DNA of 64,000 bases from Tubiluchus corallicola (lineage: Eukaryota; Animalia; Priapulida), in assembly GCA_030141605.1 (NCBI GenBank), contig JAQGDQ010000440.1, positions 58,429-122,428 on the forward strand. The letters run 5' to 3'. This document shows positions 31,225-41,450 of this stretch, piece after piece. Numbering within the stretch: the stretch's first letter is position 1; each line of letters begins with the position of its first letter. The position numbers and the translations under genes were made by a program. The notes beneath the pieces are model-generated. The model saw only the letters and a list, made by a program, of their open reading frames with translations, was not told the origin of the DNA and ran no database searches.

Positions 31225-31920
31225 ATGGAAGAAAAAGAAATAAAAATTTTATTGGCCGAAGATGATGAAAATCTTGGCATGTTGTTAAAGGAGTATTTGG
31301 TTGCAAAAGGTTTCTATACCGAGATTTACCCCGATGGTGAAGTGGCATACCAAGCCTTTTCAAAGAATAAGTTTGACCTATGTATTTTTGACGTAATGAT
31401 GCCTAAAAAAGACGGGTTCGCGCTGGCAAAAGATGTAAGGGCAATAAATGCAGAGGTCCCCATTATCTTTCTAACAGCAAAAAATATGAAGGAGGATGTC
31501 TTAGAAGGGCTCAGGCTGGGAGCCGATGATTACATCACTAAGCCGTTTAGCATGGAGGAGCTCATCTTAAGGATCTGGGCAATACTGCGCCGAACCACAG
31601 GAGATAATAATGATGATGATAAGGATTTTGTTTTTAAACTTGGCAAGTTTACCTTTAATGCAAGAAAGCAGTCCCTGCTGGAAGGTGAAAAAAAGAAAAA
31701 GCTTACAACAAAAGAGTCTGAGCTGCTACGCTTACTATGTGCAAATGCAAATAAAGTACTGGAGCGCAACTATGCACTAAAAACAATATGGATTAACGAC
31801 AACTACTTTAATGCCAGAAGTATGGATGTGTATATCACGAAGCTGCGCAGACATCTGAAAGATGAACCAGGTGTCGAAATCATTAATATTCATGGAAGAG
31901 GGTACAAGCTAATTGTCTGA
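31225..31920 (+). CDS. OmpR-family response regulator (RprY-like)
   Basis: LLAEDD, DVMMP.KDG, FLTAK, KPF, RSMDVYITKLR, HGRGYKL. Confidence 0.94.
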   Translation: MEEKEIKILLAEDDENLGMLLKEYLVAKGFYTEIYPDGEVAYQAFSKNKFDLCIFDVMMPKKDGFALAKDVRAINAEVPIIFLTAKNMKEDVLEGLRLGADDYITKPFSMEELILRIWAILRRTTGDNNDDDKDFVFKLGKFTFNARKQSLLEGEKKKKLTTKESELLRLLCANANKVLERNYALKTIWINDNYFNARSMDVYITKLRRHLKDEPGVEIINIHGRGYKLIV

Positions 31921-31968
31921 TTGCAGTTGGGAAATGTGCCCCTGCCTTTCTCCTTACAGCAATTAAGC

Positions 31969-33762
31969 TTAGTCAAGTTTTAAAACAGCAAGAAAGGCTT
32001 TTTGAGGAACCTCCACATTTCCTACCTGCTTCATCTTCTTTTTTCCCTTTTTTTGCTTCTCAAGCAGTTTTCGCTTGCGTGAGATATCACCACCATAGCA
32101 CTTAGCTGTAACATCTTTTCGAACAGCCTTAACTGTTTCTCTTGCTATAATCTTCGCGCCGATTGCAGCTTGTATAGCTACATCGTATTGCTGACGAGGT
32201 ATAAGCTCCTTCAGTTTTTCACATATCCTCCTTCCAAAAGAGTAGGCATTATCCAGATAAATAAGAGCTGAGAGCGCATCAACCGGCTCTCCATTGAGCA
32301 GTATATCGAGCTTAATCAATTTTGTCTGCCTATAGCCTATCTGGTGGTAATCAAATGAAGCATAACCTTTCGAAATGCTTTTTAGTTTATCATAAAAGTC
32401 AAATACTATCTCACCAAGAGGCATGTCAAAAGTCAACTCTACACGGTCGGACGTCAAGTATTCCTGCTTCTCAAGTGTTCCCCTTTTATCCAGGCAGAGG
32501 GTCATAATGGGCCCTATATAATCCGACCCGGTAATGATCTGCCCTCTTATATACGGCTCTTCTATACTGTCTATATGAGTAGAGGTAGGCATCCCGGAAG
32601 GGTTGTAAACCTCAAATGTCTCTCCTGTCTTTGCATGTACATTATACGAAACATTTGGTACAGTAGTAATAACGCTCATGTCAAACTCACGATCCAGCCT
32701 CTCCTGAATTATCTCCATGTGGAGCAGTCCCAAAAATCCACACCTAAATCCAAAACCAAGAGCAACAGACGACTCAGGGGAGTAGGTAAGGGAAGCATCA
32801 TTTAGCTGTAGCTTCTCCATGGCCACTCTTAAATCTTCGTAATCGTCGCTATCGACCGGATAAACTCCCGCAAACACCATCGGCTTTACCTCCTCAAAGC
32901 CCTCAATAGCCTTATCACACTCATTTTTTACATGCGTTATGGTGTCCCCCACTTTCACTTCGCTGGCCATTTTAATGCCTGAAATAATATAGCCAACATC
33001 TCCGGCTTTCAGCAAATCTCTTTTCTCCATTCCAAGCTTAAGCACTCCTATCTCATCAGCATGATACTCCTTCTCGGTAGCAACAAATTTAACAAGGTCG
33101 CCTTTATTAATTGTGCCATTAATAATCTTGAAATAAGCTATTACCCCTCTGAAAGAGTTAAAAACAGAATCAAAAATCAGTCCCTGCAAAGGAGCGCTAA
33201 CATCTCCTTGTGGCGGAGGAATTATTGATACTATCCTGCGTAAAATATCTTCAATACCATCCCCTGTTTTTCCTGATGCACGTATTATATCCTCCCGCTT
33301 GCAACCAATCATGTCAACAATCTGATCCTCCACCACCTCAGGCATTGAATTGGGCAGATCCATTTTATTCATTACGGGAACAATCTCAAGGTCATGCTCC
33401 AATGCCAGATAAAGATTTGAAATGGTCTGTGCCTGGATTCCCTGGGTAGAATCTATAATCAATAACGCCCCCTCACATGCCGCTATTGAGCGCGAAACCT
33501 CATATGAAAAATCAACATGCCCGGGAGTATCTATCAAGTTTAATATATACGTCTGCCCATCATGCATATACTCCATCTGTATTGCATGGCTTTTTATTGT
33601 TATCCCCCTCTCTTTCTCAAGCTCCATATTGTCAAGAACCTGATCCTTCATATCCCTCTCATTCACAGTATGTGTGAACTCCAGCAACCTGTCGGCAAGA
33701 GTGCTTTTCCCATGATCAATATGGGCAATTATGCAAAAATTTCTGATATTATTCATGGGCAC
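31969..33762 (-). CDS. lepA: elongation factor 4
   Basis: [50 protein letters not shown]. Confidence 0.98.
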   Translation of the reverse strand: MPMNNIRNFCIIAHIDHGKSTLADRLLEFTHTVNERDMKDQVLDNMELEKERGITIKSHAIQMEYMHDGQTYILNLIDTPGHVDFSYEVSRSIAACEGALLIIDSTQGIQAQTISNLYLALEHDLEIVPVMNKMDLPNSMPEVVEDQIVDMIGCKREDIIRASGKTGDGIEDILRRIVSIIPPPQGDVSAPLQGLIFDSVFNSFRGVIAYFKIINGTINKGDLVKFVATEKEYHADEIGVLKLGMEKRDLLKAGDVGYIISGIKMASEVKVGDTITHVKNECDKAIEGFEEVKPMVFAGVYPVDSDDYEDLRVAMEKLQLNDASLTYSPESSVALGFGFRCGFLGLLHMEIIQERLDREFDMSVITTVPNVSYNVHAKTGETFEVYNPSGMPTSTHIDSIEEPYIRGQIITGSDYIGPIMTLCLDKRGTLEKQEYLTSDRVELTFDMPLGEIVFDFYDKLKSISKGYASFDYHQIGYRQTKLIKLDILLNGEPVDALSALIYLDNAYSFGRRICEKLKELIPRQQYDVAIQAAIGAKIIARETVKAVRKDVTAKCYGGDISRKRKLLEKQKKGKKKMKQVGNVEVPQKAFLAVLKLD

Positions 33763-34018
33763 AATACCTCCCTGGTACTCTTTTTATGTCTCTTTACTAC
33801 AGTAAAACTTTTAATTAGTTCGCAAAGATATCAATTTTAGGCGGTATGCTTCGACTCTCCTGCCACAATTCTATCCATTCTACAAAGCTCATCTTTTTTT
33901 AGATTATTCAAAGAAAGCAAACTAACTTTGTCACAGTTTTATCAATCGTAGGTCATGCATACTATCCTGTATCTTTAATTATGCAGATAAAAACCGGGAA
34001 ACTGTAAAGCTTTTCAAA

Positions 34019-34690
34019 GTGGAAGATAGTATTTTAACATTTCTTGTTGGGTTCTTGGCACAACTACTCTTCTTCGGTAGAATGCTCGTGCAGTGGTTTC
34101 ATTCAGAGAAAGCCGGAGAGTCTGTCTCTCCCTCCATTTTTTGGAAACTGAGCCTTCTGGCATCTATTTTGATGTTTGTGTACGGAATATTGCGCATAGA
34201 CTTTGCCATTATTTTTGGGCAACTGCTGGTCTATTTTATTTATATAAGAAACCTGCAGCTAAAACACAGATGGAAAGAACTGCACTTAGCACTTAAAATA
34301 TTTGTACACCTTATGCCCATCTTAGGTATTGCTTACCTTCTATCAGGAGCCCCAAACAGCTTACATGACGTTTTCAATAATGAAGATGTGCCTGTAAAAC
34401 TGTTATTGTGGGGAAGTGCCGGACAGGTTGTGTTTACATCTCGCTTTGTGTATCAATGGATAAGCTCTGAGAACAAGAAGGAATCTGTACTACTACCCAC
34501 TTTTTGGATTATAAGTTTGTGCGGAGCATTAATGATACTTAGTTACGCTGTTATCCGAAAAGATCCGGTGCTTTTTTGCGCCCATGCTTTTGGAGTCTTT
34601 ATCTATGCTCGCAACCTGTTGTTGATAGCAAACAATAAAAGAGCCTTAAATGACTCTAAGAGGGTTAACCAGCAAGGCCAGACGAACTAG
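34019..34690 (+). CDS. lipid-A-disaccharide synthase N-terminal (LAB_N) double-domain membrane protein
   Basis: Two copies of G..(A/G)Q..F..R..(V/Y)QW..SE....S..P..FW..SL...Y.RNL. Confidence 0.88.
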   Translation: MEDSILTFLVGFLAQLLFFGRMLVQWFHSEKAGESVSPSIFWKLSLLASILMFVYGILRIDFAIIFGQLLVYFIYIRNLQLKHRWKELHLALKIFVHLMPILGIAYLLSGAPNSLHDVFNNEDVPVKLLLWGSAGQVVFTSRFVYQWISSENKKESVLLPTFWIISLCGALMILSYAVIRKDPVLFCAHAFGVFIYARNLLLIANNKRALNDSKRVNQQGQTN

Positions 34691-34713
34691 TTAACGGTTT
34701 AAACACATAAGTT

Positions 34714-34793
34714 GAGGCGCTTACAAAGGCGAAAGATTTTGAAGAGGGTCTTAACTAAAATATTAGAAGAAAGATGAGCCTCGCAAAGGCTTT
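34714..34793 (+). mobile_element. internally deleted MITE-like copy
   Basis: gaggcgcttacaaaggcgaaagattttgaagagggtc...aagatgagcctcgcaaaggcttt. Confidence 0.65.
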
Positions 34794-34829
34794 TAGTTTT
34801 AAAAAGAGTTCGTAATATTTCAGATAATC

Positions 34830-35804
34830 ATGATAGGAAAAAACATATTAATTACAGGCTGTGCCGGATTTATAGGCTCAAACCTTGTGAATCATTTGCT
34901 CAATAAAGGATATAGGGTGTTTGGCATAGACAACTTTGATCCATTCTATGGACGTAAAATAAAAGAGAGAAATATCTCAGAGTTTACACAACATAAGAAT
35001 TTCCACTTTTCCAAACTTGACATAGCTGATAGCCATTCTCTGAATAAATACTTCAGCAGTATAGTAGATATCGATATGGTTATTCACCTGGCGGGAAAAG
35101 CGGGAGTAAGGCCATCAATCGAGTTTCCTTCCGAATATATTAAGGCAAATGTGATTGCTACTCACAACATTCTGGAAAACATGAGAAAAAATGACACGAC
35201 TAAGCTTATATTTGCCTCGTCCTCATCTGTTTACGGAAACAGCAAACAGATGCCTTTCCGTGAATTAACAAATATACCGAACCCTATCTCTCCATATGCC
35301 GCCACTAAAAAAAGCTGTGAACTCATAAATCACACATACCACTACCTGTACGGTATAGATATTTTAAACCTTCGTTTTTTCACTGTCTATGGCCCAAAAC
35401 AACGACCAGACCTCGCTATTCACAAGTTTACAAATATGATGAAACATGGACAGGAAATAACAATGTTTGGAGATGGTACCACTGCCCGCGATTATACTTA
35501 TATAGACGATACACTGTCGGGCATAGAGGCGTCTGTGGAATATCTTTTAAAAAATAGTGGAGTGTTTGAAATTGTGAACCTCGGGAATAACCACCCTGTA
35601 AAACTTACTGATATGATTAATATTATTGGTGAGGAGGCAGGTGTTACACCAATTGTGAAAAGACTCCCCATGCAGCCCGGTGATGTAGACATCACCTACG
35701 CTGATATCTCCACTGCCAAAAAACTACTCAACTATAACCCTCAGGTTAAATTCAGAGATGGGATACGGAAATTTATAAGCTGGTACGATAAGGTTAACAA
35801 TTAA
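34830..35804 (+). CDS. NAD-dependent nucleotide-sugar epimerase (UDP-glucuronate 4-epimerase-like)
   Basis: TGCAGFIG, AGVRPS, ASSSSVYG, YAATK, RFFTVYGP.QRPD, QPGDV. Confidence 0.92.
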   Translation: MIGKNILITGCAGFIGSNLVNHLLNKGYRVFGIDNFDPFYGRKIKERNISEFTQHKNFHFSKLDIADSHSLNKYFSSIVDIDMVIHLAGKAGVRPSIEFPSEYIKANVIATHNILENMRKNDTTKLIFASSSSVYGNSKQMPFRELTNIPNPISPYAATKKSCELINHTYHYLYGIDILNLRFFTVYGPKQRPDLAIHKFTNMMKHGQEITMFGDGTTARDYTYIDDTLSGIEASVEYLLKNSGVFEIVNLGNNHPVKLTDMINIIGEEAGVTPIVKRLPMQPGDVDITYADISTAKKLLNYNPQVKFRDGIRKFISWYDKVNN

Positions 35805-35865
35805 ATAAATAACCAATATCCATTTTTTCAGTACATAGTTTAATGCTACACTAAAAGAAGCGATT

Positions 35866-35996
35866 GAGACCTTTGCATGGCAAAAGAGTTTGGCTTGGAG
35901 TGAAAAAAAGTTTCAATAAAAAACCACATCTTACTGACGTAAATAAGGGTTTTAACGAAAATACTTAATAGAAAAGATGAGCTCTGGAGAGATATC
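35866..35996 (+). mobile_element. MITE-like repeat copy
   Basis: Starts gagacctttgca; shared core gtaaataagggttttaacgaaaata...aaagatgag. Confidence 0.75.
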
Positions 35997-36126
35997 AGGG
36001 CGTAAAGTCGCCTTAAAGTGTAAGTTTTAAATTGCCAATACTATTCATATTGGGTCAATAGAATAACTTTATTCTCAATTTACTTATATTTGCGAAGGTA
36101 ATTATAGCCCTTCATTGTAATGTAAG

Positions 36127-36261
36127 AAGACCTTTGCAAGGCGAAAGACTTTAGCTTACGAAGAAAACTCGATGATAGCTGCAGTTTGCTGATGTAAATG
36201 AAGATTTTGAGGAGGGCTTTGACGAAAATATTAATAAAAAGATGAGTTTTGGCAAGGTCTC
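36127..36261 (+). mobile_element. MITE-like repeat, best-preserved copy
   Basis: aagacctttgcaag...ttttggcaaggtctc form imperfect terminal inverted repeats; 135 bp. Confidence 0.8.
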
Positions 36262-36280
36262 ACTTTATGACTCTACTGCT

Positions 36281-36775
36281 GTGCGTGTAGGATATCGAAT
36301 ATTTTTAATAATCTGTATAGTGATGATTATCTGGTCGTGTAACAGCGAAAGCCGCTGCTATGAGGCAAGAGATAGCTTATTGGTAGCACGGTTTGCCGAA
36401 AGCAAGCAAGCAAAGATGGGTAGGTTGTCAGTATGGGGAGTTGGAAGGAGTGAGGAGGATATTATTGCAAAAGATACTATATTGGCTGAAGTGAAGCGCT
36501 TACCACTTCCTCTTTCACTCTCATTGGATTCTACAGGCTTCGTGCTGCATATAAACGAGAGTACAGATACAGTATACGCTTATCATAAGATGTCAGTCAG
36601 GATGGTGTCGGAGACATGTGGCTTTGCACCACACTATATGCTGGACTCTGTAACTTTTAAAGAAGGAAGAATAGACTCGATAATAATCCATGACCCACAT
36701 GTAAAGCCTGTGTCTTTTGATAAAGAAAAAGATGAACAAAATATTTCAGTATACTTTAATCTTTCTGATAATTAG
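36281..36775 (+). CDS. putative lipoprotein (DUF6452-like); start moved to GTG 36281
   Basis: Hydrophobic signal plus lipobox IWSC, LPLSL, VSETCGF; the track's ATG at 36242 lies inside the MITE. Confidence 0.7.
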   Translation: MRVGYRIFLIICIVMIIWSCNSESRCYEARDSLLVARFAESKQAKMGRLSVWGVGRSEEDIIAKDTILAEVKRLPLPLSLSLDSTGFVLHINESTDTVYAYHKMSVRMVSETCGFAPHYMLDSVTFKEGRIDSIIIHDPHVKPVSFDKEKDEQNISVYFNLSDN

Positions 36776-37487
36776 TCCCTTAACGGTGCTTTCCCAAAAT
36801 AATAAGGAGGAGTGGCGTTATGAAGGGCTAAGGGTTGGTATTGACCTCTCCCGGTTCTTATTGGACTCTTATCAACCTGCTGATAGAGGAGGATGGGAGG
36901 TGCAAATGGATTTTCCTGTCAAAGACTATCTTTTCCCCACTATAGAGCTGGGTACAAGCTGGGTAGACGACAAGAAAGATAACTTTCATTATAAATCTAA
37001 CGGAGGATACGGTCGGCTAGGGCTCGATGTAAATATATTAAGCTACTCATCACTAAGTGACGGGGATATGCTTTTTGTGGGACTTAGGTATGGCTATAGC
37101 CAGCTTACACATGAAGCTACAGATGTCTCCTATCCAAACTATTGGGGAAGTCTGGAGACACATATACCTCAACGTACAGCTAAGGTGCACTGGGGAGAGT
37201 TTGTTTTTGGCCTGAAAGCAGAGGTGATTAAAAATGTTTTCTTGGGTTGGTCAGCCAGAATGAAGCTTATTTTCTCCCAGACAGATGATACGACTATGAA
37301 GCCATACATTGTTCCGGGGCTAGGAAAAACAACTGTCGATGTTCCAATGGACTTCACATTGGGCATTTACTATAGGTTTCCAATGCGCAAAACAAAAGAA
37401 ATGCCTGGTAAGTTCAGTGTAAGCAAAGTGCAGCATATAGATGAATCCCAAGAGCGCCCCCGGGATGACATGGAAGGGGAGTTTTAA
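36732..37487 (+). CDS. outer membrane beta-barrel protein (DUF6048-like)
   Basis: Signal peptide, GLRVGIDL, G.YGRLGLD.N, HWGEFVFGLKAEV, YIVPGLG. Confidence 0.75.
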   Translation: MNKIFQYTLIFLIISPLTVLSQNNKEEWRYEGLRVGIDLSRFLLDSYQPADRGGWEVQMDFPVKDYLFPTIELGTSWVDDKKDNFHYKSNGGYGRLGLDVNILSYSSLSDGDMLFVGLRYGYSQLTHEATDVSYPNYWGSLETHIPQRTAKVHWGEFVFGLKAEVIKNVFLGWSARMKLIFSQTDDTTMKPYIVPGLGKTTVDVPMDFTLGIYYRFPMRKTKEMPGKFSVSKVQHIDESQERPRDDMEGEF

Positions 37488-37874
37488 CTTCGCACTAAGA
37501 AAGTTATTGTCTTTGTAAGCCATAAACTCAGAAATGTCTACAGTTTTCGCTATATAGGGAGTAGCTGCAAATCTTATTTTTCACACCCCGTGAGATCTTT
37601 ACAGTACAAGATATTTTACCCCTCACTGAAAAGGGTCGATGAAAATTTTCAGCTCGCTCACAAAATAAGCAGCTTCCGAAAAGGACCTTCGCAAGCAGGA
37701 CAGGCAAAAAAGATGATGTCTGTAAAGTCCCCCCTTCATAACTTTAGAAACATTCGGGGGCATAAAAAAAACCCAATCTAGGGCGACCTCTGCCCTTTCT
37801 CGGGGGTTTATATCATGTCCTAAGGGAAATGCCTATCTCAAAATAGGTGTATCCGGCTGCTTCTTAGTGACCTT

Positions 37875-39053
37875 TTAGTTTAGACCCATTAGCATTACAA
37901 TCTTTTTCGGGATATCTGTATTATCCATAAAGCCTGTAAAGTGCTCTGCTCCCGGGCCAAAAGCAAAAACAGGAACAGGAACGGCGGTATGCCCCGTTGA
38001 TGTATACTTACCGATTACTTCACCCGTCTCAAAGTTCCCCCCATTTACCGACATACCTCCTGTATCGTGGTCAGCAGTTACAATAACCAAAGTCTCCTCA
38101 TTTTTCGATGCAAAGCTAAGCGCAGCCCCTACGGCCTTATCCAGGTCCATAGTCTCAAGCACAACGTAAGTTGTTGAGTTGGAGTGTCCTCCCCAGTCTA
38201 TCTGAGAGCCCTCCACCATCAGGAAAAAACCTTTGTCGTTATTAGATAGTATGTTTATAGCTGTCTTAGTAGCAGGGACAAGCACTTCGCCTCGTTCCGG
38301 CTGGGGAGGGTTGTCTTTGGGTGAGGTAAACCCCGCCAGTTTTCCCTTCTTCACTTTCGATATCTTATTGATGTCGTATAAAACTTTATAACCCTTTGCC
38401 TTCAGTTTTTTGCTTAAATTCACCCCATCCTCTCTTTTCTCAAAATAGTCCGAACCACCTCCTATAAAAACATCAATATCTGTTTTCAGAAAGTCTTCCG
38501 CTATCTCTTTGTACATTTTCCTTTGTGGCTGATGAGCAACAAAGGAGGCAGGAGTAGCATGTGTTATAGCAGATGTAGACACAACGCCTGTAGATAAGCC
38601 CTTCTCTTCGGCCATCTCCCTTATGTTTTTTATCGGCTTTTTATCATTATCAACCCCAACAGCTCCATTATAGGTTTTTTGTCCCGACGCAAGAGCTGTC
38701 CCGCTAGCCGCAGAATCTGTCACATATCTGTTAGATGAGTGGGTCTTGGCAAATCCGGTATATTTTAAGTTCTCTATAAACAAAGAGCCCCTATTGGCTG
38801 TCATTGCCGAATAAATATGAGATATCCCCATGCCATCCCCAATAAACAAAATAACATTCTTAGGACGGTCTGTCTTTGTTGGTTGTTCATACTTTGTAAC
38901 TGCGTATGATTCGCCACCCTGATACTTCTCAAGAAGCTGTTTTTCCTCACTGTCATTATAGTCTTGCGAGTAAGAAACCTCAACCAGGGCAAATACAGAA
39001 AAGAGTAGTAAGAACGCTACTTGTGACACCTTAAATAAAATACGTTTCATCAT
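37875..39053 (-). CDS. alkaline phosphatase
   Basis: KNVILFIGDGMG, VTDSAASGT, THATPASF, VEGSQIDWGGH, VTADHDTGG, GHT. Confidence 0.95.
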   Translation of the reverse strand: MMKRILFKVSQVAFLLLFSVFALVEVSYSQDYNDSEEKQLLEKYQGGESYAVTKYEQPTKTDRPKNVILFIGDGMGISHIYSAMTANRGSLFIENLKYTGFAKTHSSNRYVTDSAASGTALASGQKTYNGAVGVDNDKKPIKNIREMAEEKGLSTGVVSTSAITHATPASFVAHQPQRKMYKEIAEDFLKTDIDVFIGGGSDYFEKREDGVNLSKKLKAKGYKVLYDINKISKVKKGKLAGFTSPKDNPPQPERGEVLVPATKTAINILSNNDKGFFLMVEGSQIDWGGHSNSTTYVVLETMDLDKAVGAALSFASKNEETLVIVTADHDTGGMSVNGGNFETGEVIGKYTSTGHTAVPVPVFAFGPGAEHFTGFMDNTDIPKKIVMLMGLN

Positions 39054-39201
39054 CTATTTTTTTATAAGTACAATAAAATTAAGCATTTAGACTGTTAAAT
39101 ATATTTAAATTTTTTAACTACACCAAATCATTATGATAGGTTAAAAACATGTAATGATAAAAAAATTGTTAATAACTGCATGTAAAATATTTTCATATAG
39201 C

Positions 39202-39323
39202 GAAGCTTTGTAAAGCGAAAGATTTTGAATCAGGTTGGTGAGAAACTCGAAAAACTGCAGCTTATCGATATAAATAAGGGTTTTAAAAAGGATTTTAATA
39301 AAGATGAATCTTACAAAAGCCTC
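39202..39323 (+). mobile_element. MITE-like repeat copy
   Basis: gaagctttgtaaagcgaaagatttt...ataaataagggtttta...aagatgaatcttacaaaagcctc. Confidence 0.7.
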
Positions 39324-39616
39324 ATAACTGTATTCCAGGAGTAATAGCACAAAAAACACCTCTCCACAAAATCTTTAGCGAGCATCAAAAAATAAAAAAC
39401 CTACAATAGCTTCAAACTTTCCAATTTTCAACTATCTTCATATTTGAATAATAAAGTAGATACCTAAATATCCCACACATAAACAAGAAGTTTTTAAATG
39501 GAGCTTTGACAAAAAACAGCAGCCCAACAGACGGTTTTTGCTTACAAAGTACCCCGGCTTGCAGGCAGACCGCTCCAAATGTGTATACCATGCACAGGTT
39601 TAAATATTTATAAATA

Positions 39617-41143
39617 ATGAAAGTTTTCACAACAGCACAAATTGCACAAATTGATAGATATACTATAGAGCATGAACCTGTTAGTGATATTAACCTGATG
39701 GAGAGAGCCTCTGTCGCTATCGCCGACTGGATATGTTCCAATTTTTGTAATTTATTGAGAGTAGTCGTGCTTGTTGGCCCCGGTAATAATGGAGGAGATG
39801 CTCTGGCCGTTGCCCGTATACTTGCCGGCTCGGGATTCAATACCAAAGTGTATATTTTTGACTTTGAAAGGGAACTGACCGGGTCACCACTTATCAACAA
39901 ACAACGCCTGGAAAAACAGGGGGCAGTAAAGTTGCATAAAGTCAATAATAGCAGCCTCCTTCTGAAAATAAAGCCGGATGACTTAGTTATTGACGGGCTG
40001 TTTGGTGCCGGAGTATCCCGTCCACTGTCCGGATTTTCAAAAAAGATTGTGTACCACGTCAATAGTTCTGGTGCAAAAGTAATATCTATAGACCTTCCAT
40101 CCGGGCTTATGGGTGAGGATAATGATAGCAATGACAAGGAAGCTATAATACAAGCAAACAAGACTCTCACATTTGAATTTCCAAAGCTGAGTTTTTTCTT
40201 TTCTGATAATGAAAATTATGTAGGGAGCTGGGGAGTCTTACCTATAGGGCTGCATCCGGATATTATAGCCAAAACAGATACGCCATGGCACTATCTGGAC
40301 AAGGCCTCTGCTGCCACACTGCTAAAAAAAAGAGCACATTTCTCGCATAAAGGCAGCTATGGACACGCTTTGATAATTGCCGGCAGCTTTGGCAAAATGG
40401 GAGCAGCAGTACTTGCTTCAAAAGGGTGTTTAAAAAGTGGTGTCGGACTGCTGACAGTTCATATCCCTGGCAAAGGATACGAAGTAATTCAAAGCTCGGT
40501 TCCCGAAGCTATGGTAGAGACCGACCTGTCTGATCAGATGTTCAGCCTCTCAAAAAATCCTGAAAAGTTTAACGTGGTAGGCGTTGGCCCGGGTATTGGC
40601 TTAGAAAACAGTACAGAAGACGGGTTCTATAAACTACTGAAGAGCTGCAAAACACCAATGGTTATTGATGCTGATGGCATCAATATTCTCGCCAGAAATA
40701 TAAAATGGATAGAGGATGTGCCCAAGAACTCTATTCTTACGCCTCACCCCGGGGAGTTTGCCCGATTGGTAGGAGAGTATAAGAGTGATTATAAAAAAGT
40801 TGAAGGGGCTCGTGAGTTTGCCTCCAGACACGGTATATATCTGGTCTTGAAGGGAGCTCATACATCAATCTCCTGCCCTGATGGAAGATGCTGGTTCAAC
40901 AGCACAGGAAATCCGGGGATGGCCACCGCAGGTAGTGGAGATGTATTGACAGGAGTAATTACCGGTCTGCTGGCGCAAGGCTACACTCCTGAGCACGCCG
41001 CCCTGCTGGGAGTGTTCCTTCACGGATCTTCTGCCGACATTGCAACAAAGAATATAGGAGAAGAAGCGCTTGTTGCAAGCGATATAGCCAGCAATTTAGG
41101 AAAAGCTTTTCTTCATCTCCGACAGAAGCATCAGTCGCTTTAA
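39617..41143 (+). CDS. nnr: bifunctional NAD(P)H-hydrate epimerase/dehydratase
   Basis: LMERAS, GPGNNGGD, DGLFGAG, SIDLPSG, HKGSYG, VIDADG, LTPHPGEF, ATAGSGDVL. Confidence 0.96.
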   Translation: MKVFTTAQIAQIDRYTIEHEPVSDINLMERASVAIADWICSNFCNLLRVVVLVGPGNNGGDALAVARILAGSGFNTKVYIFDFERELTGSPLINKQRLEKQGAVKLHKVNNSSLLLKIKPDDLVIDGLFGAGVSRPLSGFSKKIVYHVNSSGAKVISIDLPSGLMGEDNDSNDKEAIIQANKTLTFEFPKLSFFFSDNENYVGSWGVLPIGLHPDIIAKTDTPWHYLDKASAATLLKKRAHFSHKGSYGHALIIAGSFGKMGAAVLASKGCLKSGVGLLTVHIPGKGYEVIQSSVPEAMVETDLSDQMFSLSKNPEKFNVVGVGPGIGLENSTEDGFYKLLKSCKTPMVIDADGINILARNIKWIEDVPKNSILTPHPGEFARLVGEYKSDYKKVEGAREFASRHGIYLVLKGAHTSISCPDGRCWFNSTGNPGMATAGSGDVLTGVITGLLAQGYTPEHAALLGVFLHGSSADIATKNIGEEALVASDIASNLGKAFLHLRQKHQSL

Positions 41144-41358
41144 GCACTTCCGGATCACCTTCCCAAAATCCACCGTGAGTGGGTTTCCCTGTTAGGGAGA
41201 GGTTGTTTCTGATTTTCTATGTGAGCCGGCTTTGTGACACAGCTGGTTTGTTTGTGCGTTTTATGAGGTGATATTTGCTTCAGGTTGCATTCTGAGTTGG
41301 TCTGTTTTCCAAGTGTTACTCAAAGAGAGGCCCGCTTGAAGACTAGACTATATGCCCC

Positions 41359-41382
41359 CGCATAAGCACAGGCGCTTATGCG
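41359..41382. terminator. hairpin between convergent genes
   Basis: cgcataagc-acaggc-gcttatgcg, 9-bp stem. Confidence 0.5.
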
Positions 41383-41450
41383 GAAAGATAAGTGAGCAAA
41401 AAAGTTCGGAACAGGTTGAACTGGTGTAACACTCTTCGTTTTTACACCTC

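Noticed and set aside
39412-40170. Long antisense ORF (252 aa), and likewise 43551-44267
   Set aside because: They are antisense shadows of nnr and mutS2 with no recognisable motifs
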